A stretch of DNA of 64,000 nucleotides from Laetmonice hystrix. Taxonomy: Eukaryota. Position numbers and translations under genes: made by a program. Of this stretch, positions 12,801 to 24,693 are shown one piece after another. The DNA is taken from contig OZ249452.1 of assembly GCA_965235115.1 (NCBI GenBank), forward strand, positions 13,640,001 through 13,704,000. The letters are read 5' to 3'. The first letter of the stretch is position 1; every line of letters starts with the position of its first letter. Below the pieces are notes generated by a model. It was not told the DNA's origin. It made no database searches and saw only the letters and a list, made by a program, of their open reading frames with translations.

Positions 12801-13393
12801 AACAGCCCCTCTCCCCCTCCCCCAACGAGACAGAAAACTGTGTTTGACACGGTGTCTATCAACGGTCACAGAGGTCACAACATGCGGGCATTAATGTCAT
12901 CTGCGGGCACTAAATCAAGCAAAACATGACATGTAACATAGTCAGCATTAATTGGTAACCTTGGTAAGCATCTAGACTCAATCCTAGCAGAATTTTATCA
13001 TATAGGGGATATATGCCTATAGTGTCGGTATTTTTTTAGCATTACAATCCGCAGATTAAATCAAAGTGAAATGCCATTTTTCTTTACTAATCTATCGATT
13101 ACTGGTGATTATAGTCCTACTCCTCAGACCACTACTTATATATTACTGCTAGTATATTATATTATGTTATATTATATTATAATATAAACTGAGTGTCACC
13201 TTTCAGCTAGATATATGTAGTACCAAGTAAATTACCTACCTTGTCTGACGGCAGGGGGCGCTGGTAACTCTACGTTTTTGCCGTCATGTCTGAACCAATC
13301 ATTTGTTCCCTTGTTCTTCAGTGCGAACTCCTGGGCTTCTGGACGCGTGCGCGCCGCGTTGAGGCTCGGCGAGTGCGGGCGGCCTGGCTCCAT
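9845..13393 (-). CDS. Uncharacterised 483-aa protein with ~13 internal repeats (R-x-x-x-EA-x-x-F/Y-A-x-R/K-NKG-x(4)-WF-x-H)
   Basis: Exons 13393-13240 (ATG in context catcaccATGG), 12633-12460 and 10968-9845 have canonical GT-AG sites and join in phase 1/1. The same motif recurs in all three exons (TRPEAQEFALKNKGTNDWFRHD; AVKNKGESDQWF; DAQEYVERNKGSASEWF; RIKPEAQEFARRN; RVKPEAEQNAQRNRG). Confidence 0.88.
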
Positions 13394-16300
13394 GGTGATG
13401 ACGTCACAAACGTGGCAGACGTCAAAGTACGTGGATACGGTGAGTTTTCACTTGGGTGATCCTTTCTGGAAAATACGACATTTTGACGTTTTCATTTGTC
13501 ACTGTGATATTCGCATCCTCAATCCGTGTAGTGATCTCAAACTTAAAATAATTAGTTCTTAGTTAAAGCTCTTTGTGAGTCTGCTCTGGTACCAGTCTCT
13601 GTGACGTTCCATGAATTAACTGAACCACTCTGTGACGTCACCCCCACACCCCAGTCGCAGTGTGTACGGATAGCACTGAAATTAAAAGACCCCCCCCCCC
13701 CCGAGCACTGGATCCCATAAGTCACCCAACCCGTTTTCAAGTCGCTGTCCGAAATAAAGAAATTCCAACTTTCACATGACATGGATTGACACAAACCGAC
13801 AACCCCTTCCACATGTGTCATATAGGCCTATCCACGCTACAGTGGACTTAATCTGCCTGGGATCATTATGATTAGTTCAATCTACCCCAAGCAATAGACA
13901 AGATTATACTAGACTGTCCCCTGCAGGTACCAGCAACATTATAAAATCTCCCCATCCTACCGAAAGATTATGATTAATCTACCCATTAGGTACGAGCAAG
14001 ATTATGTTAATCTGTCTCACTTAGCATCAAGAATAGCTGAGCAAGATTACCTTTATCAACATCTTCTGCGGCGCGAGAACCCCCCCCCCCCCTTTACTCC
14101 CGCTACTACAAATATTATGTTAAATCCCCCCCCCCTCCGACTTTGTGAAGAATACCTTAATCCACTTCCCGCCATGAGCTACCCTCCTTTATTTGTTCAA
14201 CTTCCGACGGTCCGTGAAGTTCCTCTTACAAATAAGACAACCTATACCCAGAACTTGGAACTGGGTCACACTGACACCATTCCCAGGTCGGTTTGTATGG
14301 TCCCAAAATCATGCCGGCCTCGCAGAGTCAAGTTGGGAAGGAGCCAGGTCTAGGCTGAAGCCGAGAGCAGTGATGGTCTACTGATGGAATGTCAGGCAAT
14401 AGTTTTATATTTGAGATAACAAATAACACTGCGAGGGTCCGACGGTCCCCCCTGTAAAAAACCTGCACACATTTATTTATCGATGGACGTGGTAGGATCT
14501 GTGTTCCGTCTGTGAATGAGGTCACTTGAACGCCACAAGACATAACTTGTCCGGTACACTCTGACTCTATTCCTCGCGAAAATGATTAACATGTGTTCTA
14601 CTTAACAAGAAACATGGGGCAAGCAGGAATTGGTATTTTCATGCTGCGAATACATCCATGGAAGCGACATTCTTGATCCTGGCCTCTTGGTTTATTGGAG
14701 CATGAAGTGTAACTTTTGATACCATCTACCGAGATCCAGGTTTGAGCTATGATCCTCCGCGATACGTGTGTATGTGTGATGTAGTCCTCAGGACGACGGC
14801 CTGGGAATATCACATCTCTCTCAGACATGACTCATACATATGTTGCTCATACCTAAGTAACCTTTCCCGAGTTACTGACTCTCCACCACCACCATCTCCT
14901 GCGTGTGTGTGTCCACACCATGCTGTACAGGTCCATAAGATTAGGAGGTGAGATTATCCTTACCCCCCCCCCCCCAGTCCTCAGACCTCCTAAAAAAACT
15001 TCCTATCCCTGCCCCAAGCTCTAATCCGTAATCCCAACTCCATGGGAATACTGGGAAAGTATATACTCAGTATATTATCACATGTGCCCTTTAGGGTGAA
15101 AGTGTCTGACAGACCCCCCCCCCCCCCCCCCCCCCACCCAGACTTTAATATATCTAGAGCGTCAGGCAATCCTACCATTACTATACCCGCCGTCGGATAT
15201 TAGCCCCGTGTTACGCCCAAAAGCTCATTATTTAATACCATATATTACAACTTTGTGAATCCCCTGTGGCAGGTCGCTGTCATTAATGGTTTCCGTATGG
15301 CAGGCCGTAGTTTGGTCTTATTCCACGGTGGCAGGCCAGAGTTCCGTCTGATTCTCCTGTGACAGGCATTCTTCACCGCGTATAGAGTAGGTGGTTTCAA
15401 CCTCCCTCCCCCGCCTCAATACTAACTAAGGTCTACATCACATCTCGGTCCTCCCTACACGTCCGGCCTGAGGCTGAGGTCGGACGTGTACGGACGACTG
15501 AGGTCTACCTTCTAAAGGTCGCCTCGTACTACACCATCCCACCAGACCAAACACTCTGATGTTACAGGGTCAAGGAACCTCTACTGATAACTCTAGATCT
15601 CTAACCTTGTAATACTGACACTCGAGAGGAATGACATGGCTGATAACATTCTTACGTCAACAACGGGGGAGTATAGGAAGTGAAAGGTCGCATACTCTAC
15701 ATCAGACCTAACGATCCCAGCCTCACACCAGTTCCTACCAGAGCATCCTTGTCCTAGATTCTGGCCACCGGGGTACAGACTTTACAAATCGGCTGGTGTA
15801 GTTTGTCGTTTGTACTATGATTGATATTTGATTGAGACACCATTGACCTTGGTTGACTCATCATTGACATTTAATAGCATGGTTATATACCAGGCCCGAC
15901 CCTGGGGTCAAAGGGTCAAGATGACCCCGAACATGTAGAGAAATTGGACGTGACTATAAAACGTTGACAAGGTGTGGCTGTAGAGTTTTTACCTTAAGAC
16001 TAGCAATCAGAAGGTTTCTTAATATGGCAATTTAACCGAGGGTAGAGTTCGCCGGGCGGGGGCGGGGGGGGGGGGTACCACCCCCCTGCCCCTGAGGATG
16101 AGGAATGGTTTCATGCAGGTCTCGTGCCCTGGGGGTAAGGTTTAACCTCCGATCTATGAGGTCAAACTTGCCATTGTGTTATAAATTGGGTCAAAGATCC
16201 GCCACGTCCACGCCCCATTTCAATAAAGCCTTTGACGACGTCGTGTGTGTGCAGGTCGGAGATAGAGTCTAGGCGTGCATGGATAGTGTGGTTAGACACG

Positions 16301-16964
16301 TGAGGGTATGTTCTACACATGCTGTGCCATAGATACTACCAAGTCTCGTGCCGCCGAGATGTCACCCGTGACCTGTGGCATTCCGGGCGATTCTCGCTCC
16401 TCCGAGACTAACCTCCGTGACTTCGCGGTACTTCAGGCACTCGAACGCCCCCTTGTGGCGAGTAAACAATAAACGAAGCAGGTGGGTTGGACGAAACACA
16501 TCGTAGACATCGGATGAGGGATTCTAGCATTGCATTTGATTATAGGCCTACTAATACAGGGTCCATGTATTATAGTATTCAGAACGGGAATAAATGTTAA
16601 TTTACGATCCATAACCAGAGCAAATAAGGAAATCAAATTACGGGGTGTATCGAAAGTAAAGTCCTACTTTGGAGAGGGAGAAAAAAACTGTAATTTCCAA
16701 TAATTCGGTAAATGCCCTACAGTTTAGAGGTAAATGACCACTTTAGGATCCAATGATAGCTGTAAAATCAATGACCTGTGACCTTCAATAAGAAATCACG
16801 AGCTGTTCTGTCAACCATGGCTTGAACCCAGGAAGGTCACTGACCTCCTGACCTGGTTCCTCTGGGCAGTAGGGCAGTCAGTCAGTCAGTCAGTCGGCCC
16901 CCTCCTCCTCTCCTGACTCCTGTGAGTTGTCAGTGCTGTACATGGCCCAGGGTCCGCTCTGAGC

Positions 16965-17140
16965 AAGTCACATCAAGTCCTGGAACTTGGTCTAAACGTA
17001 CTTGGTCTAAGCATGACTAACTTACTCGGGTCAAGTCCTGGTACTTGGTCTAAGCATCACTAAGCCCTGGTGGTCTAAGCTTCACTAACTTACTCAAGTC
17101 AAGTCCTGGAACTTTCTCTGAGCATCACGAAGCCCAAGTA
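16965..17140. repeat. Degenerate tandem repeat (caagtcctggaacttggtctaagcat...)
   Basis: Three to four imperfect copies of caagtcctgg(a/t)acttggtctaag. Confidence 0.7.
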
Positions 17141-18175
17141 TAGTAAAGTTCCGGGTTTGCCTATGTAAGCTCAGAAAGCAAGGAGCCCAGTCAAACCCCC
17201 ATGTCGTCATCCCAGTAAGGTCTGCATGTTTACCGTAAGTCCTTGTGCCGTCACGTCTGTAAGTACAGTACCGTCAGTGAGGAGGTAAGGCCGAGAGCCA
17301 ATCCACCCGGTCACAGCGGTTTACATAGTGTATACACCAGCAGTCGTACCCTATGTGTCATGGTGACATGGTAGCCATGGTGTTAACAGTCACACCATTA
17401 TGTCTGGAGTATTTTAACACAGTATGAGTTGTCCCCCTTGACTGTCCGTCCTCCCCCCTAGACAACTCCTACCTGTGGCCAGGCTCTGGTCAGTGGTCGG
17501 ACGCTGCACAGACCGGAAGTTGAGCGTTCCAAAGCTCCAGCTGCTGGCGGTTCTAGTGGTTGATGATGATGATGGTTGTGGTGAACGTACAGTGTCTTCC
17601 CGGTCTGCCCCAAACTTGATCTGACGGCCAACCCGTGCCGGGCCCCCGAGCGAACCGTGGAGGTGGCGGTGGTAGTCAGTCAGTGGCCTAGAAACATTTC
17701 CACCCCAGGCTGCGGTCTGGTGTGGACCGACAGGCCCACCACACACAAACGTGTTTGCACTCTCATTTTGTAATGCCTTCCAGTTGTGTCCAGCCGTGTT
17801 GGCAGTAATTACTTAGGTTTGAGGGGGTTTGGGTCCTGATTGGGTTTTCAAAAGTAATTTATTTGGTTTGTGAAAACTTGAGAAGCGACCCGAGTTGTCC
17901 TTCGGCGGTGAGTGTACGGCAAATACGGGTTGGAGGCGGGCGAGAACCGGCCCACATGCCGACCCCCGCCCACATGTCCGTTTCCTATGTTTGACATGTT
18001 TAACATGTCCCACTGGTACCAGCCAGATACCTGGGGTACCCAAACCTCAAGGGACCAAACTCCAATGACCAAACTAGTGATTTGGTCTCCTTTCACTGAC
18101 CAATTACCAAACAACCATCAGTGACACCAACCAATCGGAGGGTCGGAGCTCCTTGTCACAGGGCAATAAATTGAT

Positions 18176-18590
18176 ACAGGGCAAGAGGCAACAGCAAGAG
18201 GCTGTCAACGGCAAGAGGCTGTCACAGGGCAAGACGAAGTCAACGACAAGAGGCTGTCAGAGGGCAAGGCGAAGTCACGGGCAAGAGGCTGTCACAGGGC
18301 AAGGCGAAGTCAACGGCAAGAGGCTGTCACAGGGCAAGACGAAGTCAACGGCAAGCGGCTGTCACAGGGCAAGACGAAGTCAACGGCAAGAGGCTGTCAC
18401 AGGGCAAGACGAAGTCAACGACAAGAGGCTGTCACAGGGCAAGACGAAGTCACGGGCAAGAGGCTGTCACAGGGCAAGGCGAAGTCACGGGCAAGAGGCT
18501 GTCACAGGGCAAGGCGAAGTCAACGACAAGAGTCTGTCACAGGGCAAGGCGAAGTCAACGCCAAGAGGCTATCACGGGGCATGGGCAAGG
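18176..18590. repeat. 35-bp minisatellite (gcaagaggctgtcacagggcaagacgaagtcaacg), ~11 copies
   Basis: Direct tandem units; source of ORF 18153-18683. Confidence 0.95.
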
Positions 18591-19564
18591 GGAGCCAGAC
18601 ACTTGTCACACTCTGAGATCACATTCTGCCGACATGGCTGGCTCCGTACTAATCAAAGAAGACCGTCCCTAGGATATCACTAACCGCCTGCGGGAACTCT
18701 GCCTCAGACTTGTTTAGATACACCTGCATCTGGCTGCACACAGGCCGATTGTATCTACAAGTTTTTGTAATTAACAGACCTCAAGGTCACCTAGATGGCG
18801 AGATAACTTGTGTTGTATGTGCATGTCGTGACGCTATGCAGTTTCTACTTTTTGCGAACGTTAGTATCTATATTTGGTCTAGAAGTGGCCAAAAACTTGG
18901 AACCTTTCCACTCTTTGTGGACACGGATTCCAGTGATTTACGAGTAGATCTTGTATTATTTCGTTTTTCTTAAGTCAAGGTAGTTACACCTTTTTCTCCT
19001 TAAATTCCAGTCAGATATATTGCCAATCCTCTTTTAATGAGAAGTTGCTGCCCCTAAGGTATAAAAGTCAGTTATATGACCAATGGAAACATACCCCTGC
19101 TGGAGGCGATATAATGACCGTACGGCCGATATCTCTAATCAATGTCCTTGACGTTAATTCTCCTGATTTCCCCAAGGTCAAAGGCCGCTAACAACCCCTG
19201 TAACACTTCCCTAGATCACCTATAGTGTCCCTGGTGTCGACAGTATTGCATGATCTAACCATGTTGTGTCTTGGGGCCGGGGTCTGAGGGTGGCAATGGG
19301 GTGTGACGTGGGTGGGGGTGGGGGTGGGGTGTGACGTAGAGATGGGGGTGGGGGGTGGGGCCGTGGTATATCAATATATGACCATCTTGCCGTCAATCCA
19401 ACTTATCATTAACCGGTGGTGAAGTGATATGTCCCGATGTTTTTTACACGTCTACTCCACATTCCTTGACATTGATAGCAACATGAGAGATGCGATAACC
19501 GTTAACCTCGACACGGGCGTGTAATCTCTGGTCACACACCAGGAACAGGGGAGGGTAGACATAA

Positions 19565-20000
19565 CAGAAACCTGGCCCAGACATGGCCCAGACACGGGCA
19601 TGGCCCAGACATAGACACGGCCCGGCACAGACACAAACACCCCTCAGCCACAAGCATACACCTGCTGCAGATAAGGCCAAGCCACAAAAACGACCAAGTC
19701 GTAGACATATGCCAACCACAGATACGCCCAGTCAGGTTTGGCCATGACCCAGACACAGGCAAGGCCCAGGCCTGGCCAGAGGCATATACCTGCCGCAGAT
19801 AAGGCCAACAAAAACGGCCAAGCCATAGACATAGGTCACCCATGACCAAGTCACAGGCCGTGGCCCAGGTATGGCCCAGGCACAGGCATGTAAGGCATCA
19901 GACACGTATGGCTCAGCCAAGTCACAGACACGTATGGCTCAGCCAAGCCATAGACACGACCTATCTCAGACCTGATACAACCACAGACCTGGCCCAGCCA
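19565..20000. repeat. Degenerate repeat tract (ggcccagacacaggc / aagccatagac units)
   Basis: Many imperfect copies of ggcccag(a/g)cac and gcagataaggccaa. Confidence 0.75.
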
Positions 20001-21865
20001 TTGACCAACACCAACGTCATGCCTGACCCTGTGGGCTCTAACTCATTCCAAATACGTGAACTTTGAAACAGTGATGTTCATGCTCTAACCTCACGTCCTC
20101 ATACACAAGGAATAATATGAATAAATCTAAATATTATTGATTAATTCACTAAAAACATACCAATGGGAGGTTAAAAGAAGTCATTATCATGTTTGCCAGA
20201 TCTGTTGATAAGTTGATAAGTTTCAGACCACCTGTAGAAGATCAATCTCACTTTGTGACACAAATACCTTAGCCCCGTTTTCTTAATTCGTGGTCTAATT
20301 TTCTGACACGATCCAGGTGCGGATCCAGAGGTACCCTTGGGTCACGTGCCCCAGTATAAACCCCATCTTGAATCCGCTCTTCAACCGGTTTTGACGTACC
20401 GTCACCGGGGTAAAGCTCAAAGATTTCAAAAGCTCAAGGTGAACATGCATGAGCCCTTGAGCTGTTAATGTTACAGCCCCCAGCGCTTCCAGCGCCAGAT
20501 AATGAATGAAGTACGGCCCCTTTACAACCTGAGGATTCCATCGGGCCAAGGACTCCTGCCAGCCGAGTTCGTCCCATGAGCTCTTCTCAAGATATCGGTA
20601 TTTTCTGCGTAATTAGTTTACCCCACCGACTCAAGCACTGTGTCAGTGGTTTCTAAAGAGAATACTCAGAGAGTTGGCAGCAGCCATTCCAGGACCTCTG
20701 GACCGTGCCAGGAGGTGGTGCCAGGGGGAGCACCTCCAGCCCAATCCTCTATCCACCCCCTTGCCGGCTGCGGCGTGGGGTGGGGGCTGGGGGCATGTCA
20801 TAGACTTTCACTCCTTATTGAGGTATTCACTCCACAAGCACTCCTTATAAATCTGTTATTACAATCTTCAGTTGGATCGGATCTCACAATGAATGGGCTT
20901 TGGCATTCACAAAGCCTCAATATGTCACCCCATAAACCCAAGGTACGGCCACAGAGGGGTTCCACTGGATACCGGCTTATCCCATCCCTGCAAGGTGGGG
21001 GCAAAATATATCCACCCTGCCTGATCCCCATCTTCCCAAGGTCACCCAAAGTATACAGTAATCTACCCCTCATAATGGGAAATTATATAACATACTTCTA
21101 TATCAGGACCAGGTCTCTGACACAGACCTGGGTACTGGAAGGTGATTACCCCACGGTACACCCACCAAATTGGTAGGGTTAGGGGGCGTCGATTGAAACA
21201 GCTATATGGATTGGATTTTTTTCTCCTTGGTGGGGGGGGGGGCTGGGGTCCCTGAGCAGGTTTTGGAATCAAATTTTAGAATCAAATTTAGGACTTGAAA
21301 TCGTGATAGATTTTCAGATCTTACCTCCAGAATTTCGTGGTGATGTCACCATGGGGTACCGACCCATTGAAAGTAAAGGTACAACCATCCAAACCACCTG
21401 GTTCTAATTATACGGACTATTTACAATCCGAAACAAAGTCCTATCTTGTACGGTTTTCATAACATGATATCATCAGCTCGGTGATACATATGGAGGGGCA
21501 AAGGGCAAGCTGCCATATGAAACCTTATCTCCAGGCAGGACGAGCTATTCACGGTTCACGGCAACTTGGTTTTCCTTTCCATGTGAACAAAAATACAAAT
21601 GTACTGGCTATTGACACCACACGACTGAACAAATATGCTTGCGATGCAGTCGGATTGAATGGTGATCAGATAGAGTGATGCACCTATTGCCCTTTGGCTA
21701 TGTTGTTTGGGGCTGAAAAAACAACAATTTCAACAGAGAGAGAGAGTGATGAGATTTTATGTCGTATTGGCTACTACTGTGCTGTACTGAGATTTAAAAC
21801 TTATAAAGTTTGGATTGATGGGCCTATGGGAACAGTGGAAAGTTGCTAAAAAGTAAAGGTCTGGG

Positions 21866-23712
21866 TATGGTTACGAGTCAGTAATACAAACTGCCATTAG
21901 GTTTATGATAGAGTAATACCCTCCCTCACAACCATACGGTATGACACAGTGATCCTTCCCTCACAACCTGTCATTAGGGTTATGAGTCAGTAATACAAAC
22001 TGTCATTAGGTTTATGATAGAGTAATACCCTCCCTCACAACCATACGGTATGACACAGTGATCCTTCCCTCACAACCATACGGTATGACACAGTGATCCC
22101 TCCCTCACAACCATACGGTATGACACAGTGATCCTTCCCTCACAACCTGTCATTAGGGTTATGAGTCAGCAATACAAACTGTCATTAGGTTTATGATAGA
22201 GTAATACCCTCCCTCACAACCATACGGTATGACACAGTGACCCTTCCCTCACAACCTGTCATTAGGGTTATGAGTCAGTAATACAAACTGTCATTAGGTT
22301 TATGATAGAGTAATACCCTCCCTCACAACCATACGGTATGACACAGTGATCCTTCCCTCACAACCTGTCATTAGGGTTATGAGTCAGTAATACAAACTGT
22401 CATTAGGTTTATGATAGGGTAATACCCTCCCTCACAACCATACGGTATGACACAGTGATCCTTCCCTCACAACCTGTCATTAGGGTTATGAGTCAGTAAT
22501 ACAAACTGTCATTAGGTTTATGATAGAGTAATACCCTCCCTCACAACCATACGGTATGACACAGTGACCCTCCCTCACAACCTGTCATTAGGGTTATGAG
22601 TCAGTAATACAAACTGTCATTAGGTTTATGATAGAGTAATACCCTCCCTCACAACCATACGGTATGACACAGTGATCCTTCCCTCACAACCTGTCATTAG
22701 GGTTATGAGTCAGTAATACAAACTGTCATTAGGTTTATGATAGAGTAATACCCTCCCTCACAACCATACGGTATGACACAGTGATCCTTCCCTCACAACC
22801 TGTCATTAGGGTTATGAGTCAGTAATACAAACTGTCATTAGGTTTATGATAGAGTAATACCCTCCCTCACAACCATACGGTATGACACAGTGATCCTTCC
22901 CTCACAACCTGTCATTAGGGTTATGAGTCAGTAATACAAACTGTCATTAGGTTAGAGTAATACCCTCCCTCACAACCATACGGTATGACACAGTGATCCT
23001 TCCCTCACAACCTGTCATTAGGGTTATGAGTCAGTAATACAAACTGTCATTAGGTTTATGACAGAGTAATACCCTCCCTCACAACCATACGGTATGACAC
23101 AGTGATCCCTCCCTCACAACCATACGGTATGACACAGTGATCCTTCCCTCACAACCATACGGTATGACACAGTGATCCCTCCCTCACAACCATACGGTAT
23201 GACACAGTGACCCTTCCCTCACAACCTGTCATTAGGGTTATAAGTCAGTAATACAAACTGTCATTAGGTTTATGATAGAGTAATACCCTCCCTTACAACC
23301 ATACGGGTATGACACAGTGATCCTTCCCTCACAACCATACGGTATGACACAGTGATCCTTCCCTCACAACCATACGGTATGACAGAGTAATACCCTCCCT
23401 CACAACCATACGGTATGACACAGTGATCCTTCCCTCACAACCATACGGTATGACACAGTGATCCTTCCCTCACAACCATACGGTATGACACAGTGATCCT
23501 TCCCTCACAACCTGTCATTAGGGTTATGAGTCAGTAATACAAACTGTCATTAGGTTTATGATAGAGTAATACCCTCCCTCACAACCATACGGTATGACAC
23601 AGTGATCCTTCCCTCACAACCTGTCATTAGGGTTACGAGTCAGTAATACAAACTGTCATTAGGTTTATGATAGAGTAATACCCTCCCTCACAACCATACG
23701 GTTATGACACAG
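21866..23712. repeat. ~1.85 kb composite satellite of two interleaved motifs
   Basis: Motif A cctgtcattagggttatgagtcagtaatacaaactgtcattaggtttatgatagagtaata alternates with a variable number of motif B ccctccctcacaaccatacggtatgacacagtgat. Confidence 0.97.
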
Positions 23713-24693
23713 TTAAACCTGTCATTACAATTTACATGGGCGAGTTCTGCCGAGCATGGCCATGGTGACACGAGGCCGACAGATTCAGTATACATTTTCT
23801 CCATGGATGAGGCGTTGATAGAAGGTCTTGGTGGTTCACACAGTGGATCCAAGGTTACCCACCCCCACCCCCACCCTCACCTCGACTTACTGCCCTCAGG
23901 TCATGCTGTGCCCCACTCCCCCGACCCAAAACGTCAGGTGAACTTTCTGACTTCTGATCATCGCGACCATTGACTGTGTCATGTATGTACACAAAGCTCC
24001 ACGGGTGGTTGTTAGGTGGGGTGGGGGTAGGGGTGTGGGGGAGAGAGTAAAACAGCCTGAGGGTATATAGCCATGATGTATGTCTATGGGGGTTCAGAAT
24101 CTACCCCTCCGAACACGGACCAACCCGGCTGGAAATCAGCACGCTTGAACTACGTTTACGGACACATGGGGTGGATCCTCAGATTGGGGTCGGGGGGGGG
24201 GGTCGGTTAGGGGACTGGGGGGGGGGGCGGTTAGGGAGTGGGTAGGGGGGGGGATCAGGGACCATTTGATGAGTTATTAAAAATAGAGGTGTTGGCCTCG
24301 GTTCACATTCTTCTCTCCTCCAGTCACCTCTGGCATTAATCTATTTGTTCATAATACAGGTCTAGATATATTTTTTTAAATATGATATGTAAATTAGTTT
24401 CTGTATTTTTTCCCGTTTGTAATGGATCCCCTACAGGCCTGTATGATTTATTGCATTCTTGACACTGTCTATATGTTGCCATCTATATATTTTATTTTTT
24501 GACGTTTTATTATCATGCCTATAAAACTTTCATAAAATGTGTGACAATTAGTTTCGACCCATGTCGGCAGGTGGCGCTACCCCTGAGGATACAGCCTCCG
24601 AGGTGGAACCTAATCGTAATAATCTTAATGACCTCATTTTAAATCCTTTAATCCACCTAATCTTATCCCACCCATTTAAATTCATATCCTTAC

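Noticed and set aside
10570-13562. Alternative-frame and antisense ORFs at 10570-11046, 12322-12685 and 13278-13562
   Set aside because: They overlap real exons of the repeat-protein gene in other frames or on the other strand.
13970-14353. 127-aa plus-strand ORF
   Set aside because: Built from degenerate agcaagatta repeats and poly-C tracts; no recognisable domain.
18153-18683. 176-aa ORF
   Set aside because: Translation of a 35-bp tandem repeat whose period is not a multiple of 3.
19095-19197. Dystrobrevin-like 'LLAAFD' motif on the minus strand
   Set aside because: That frame stops after 20 codons and the rest does not resemble dystrobrevin EF-hands.
20295-21073. Possible retroelement ORFs
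   Set aside because: No RT, integrase, endonuclease or recombinase motif recognisable; kept only as possible exons of the unidentified gene.
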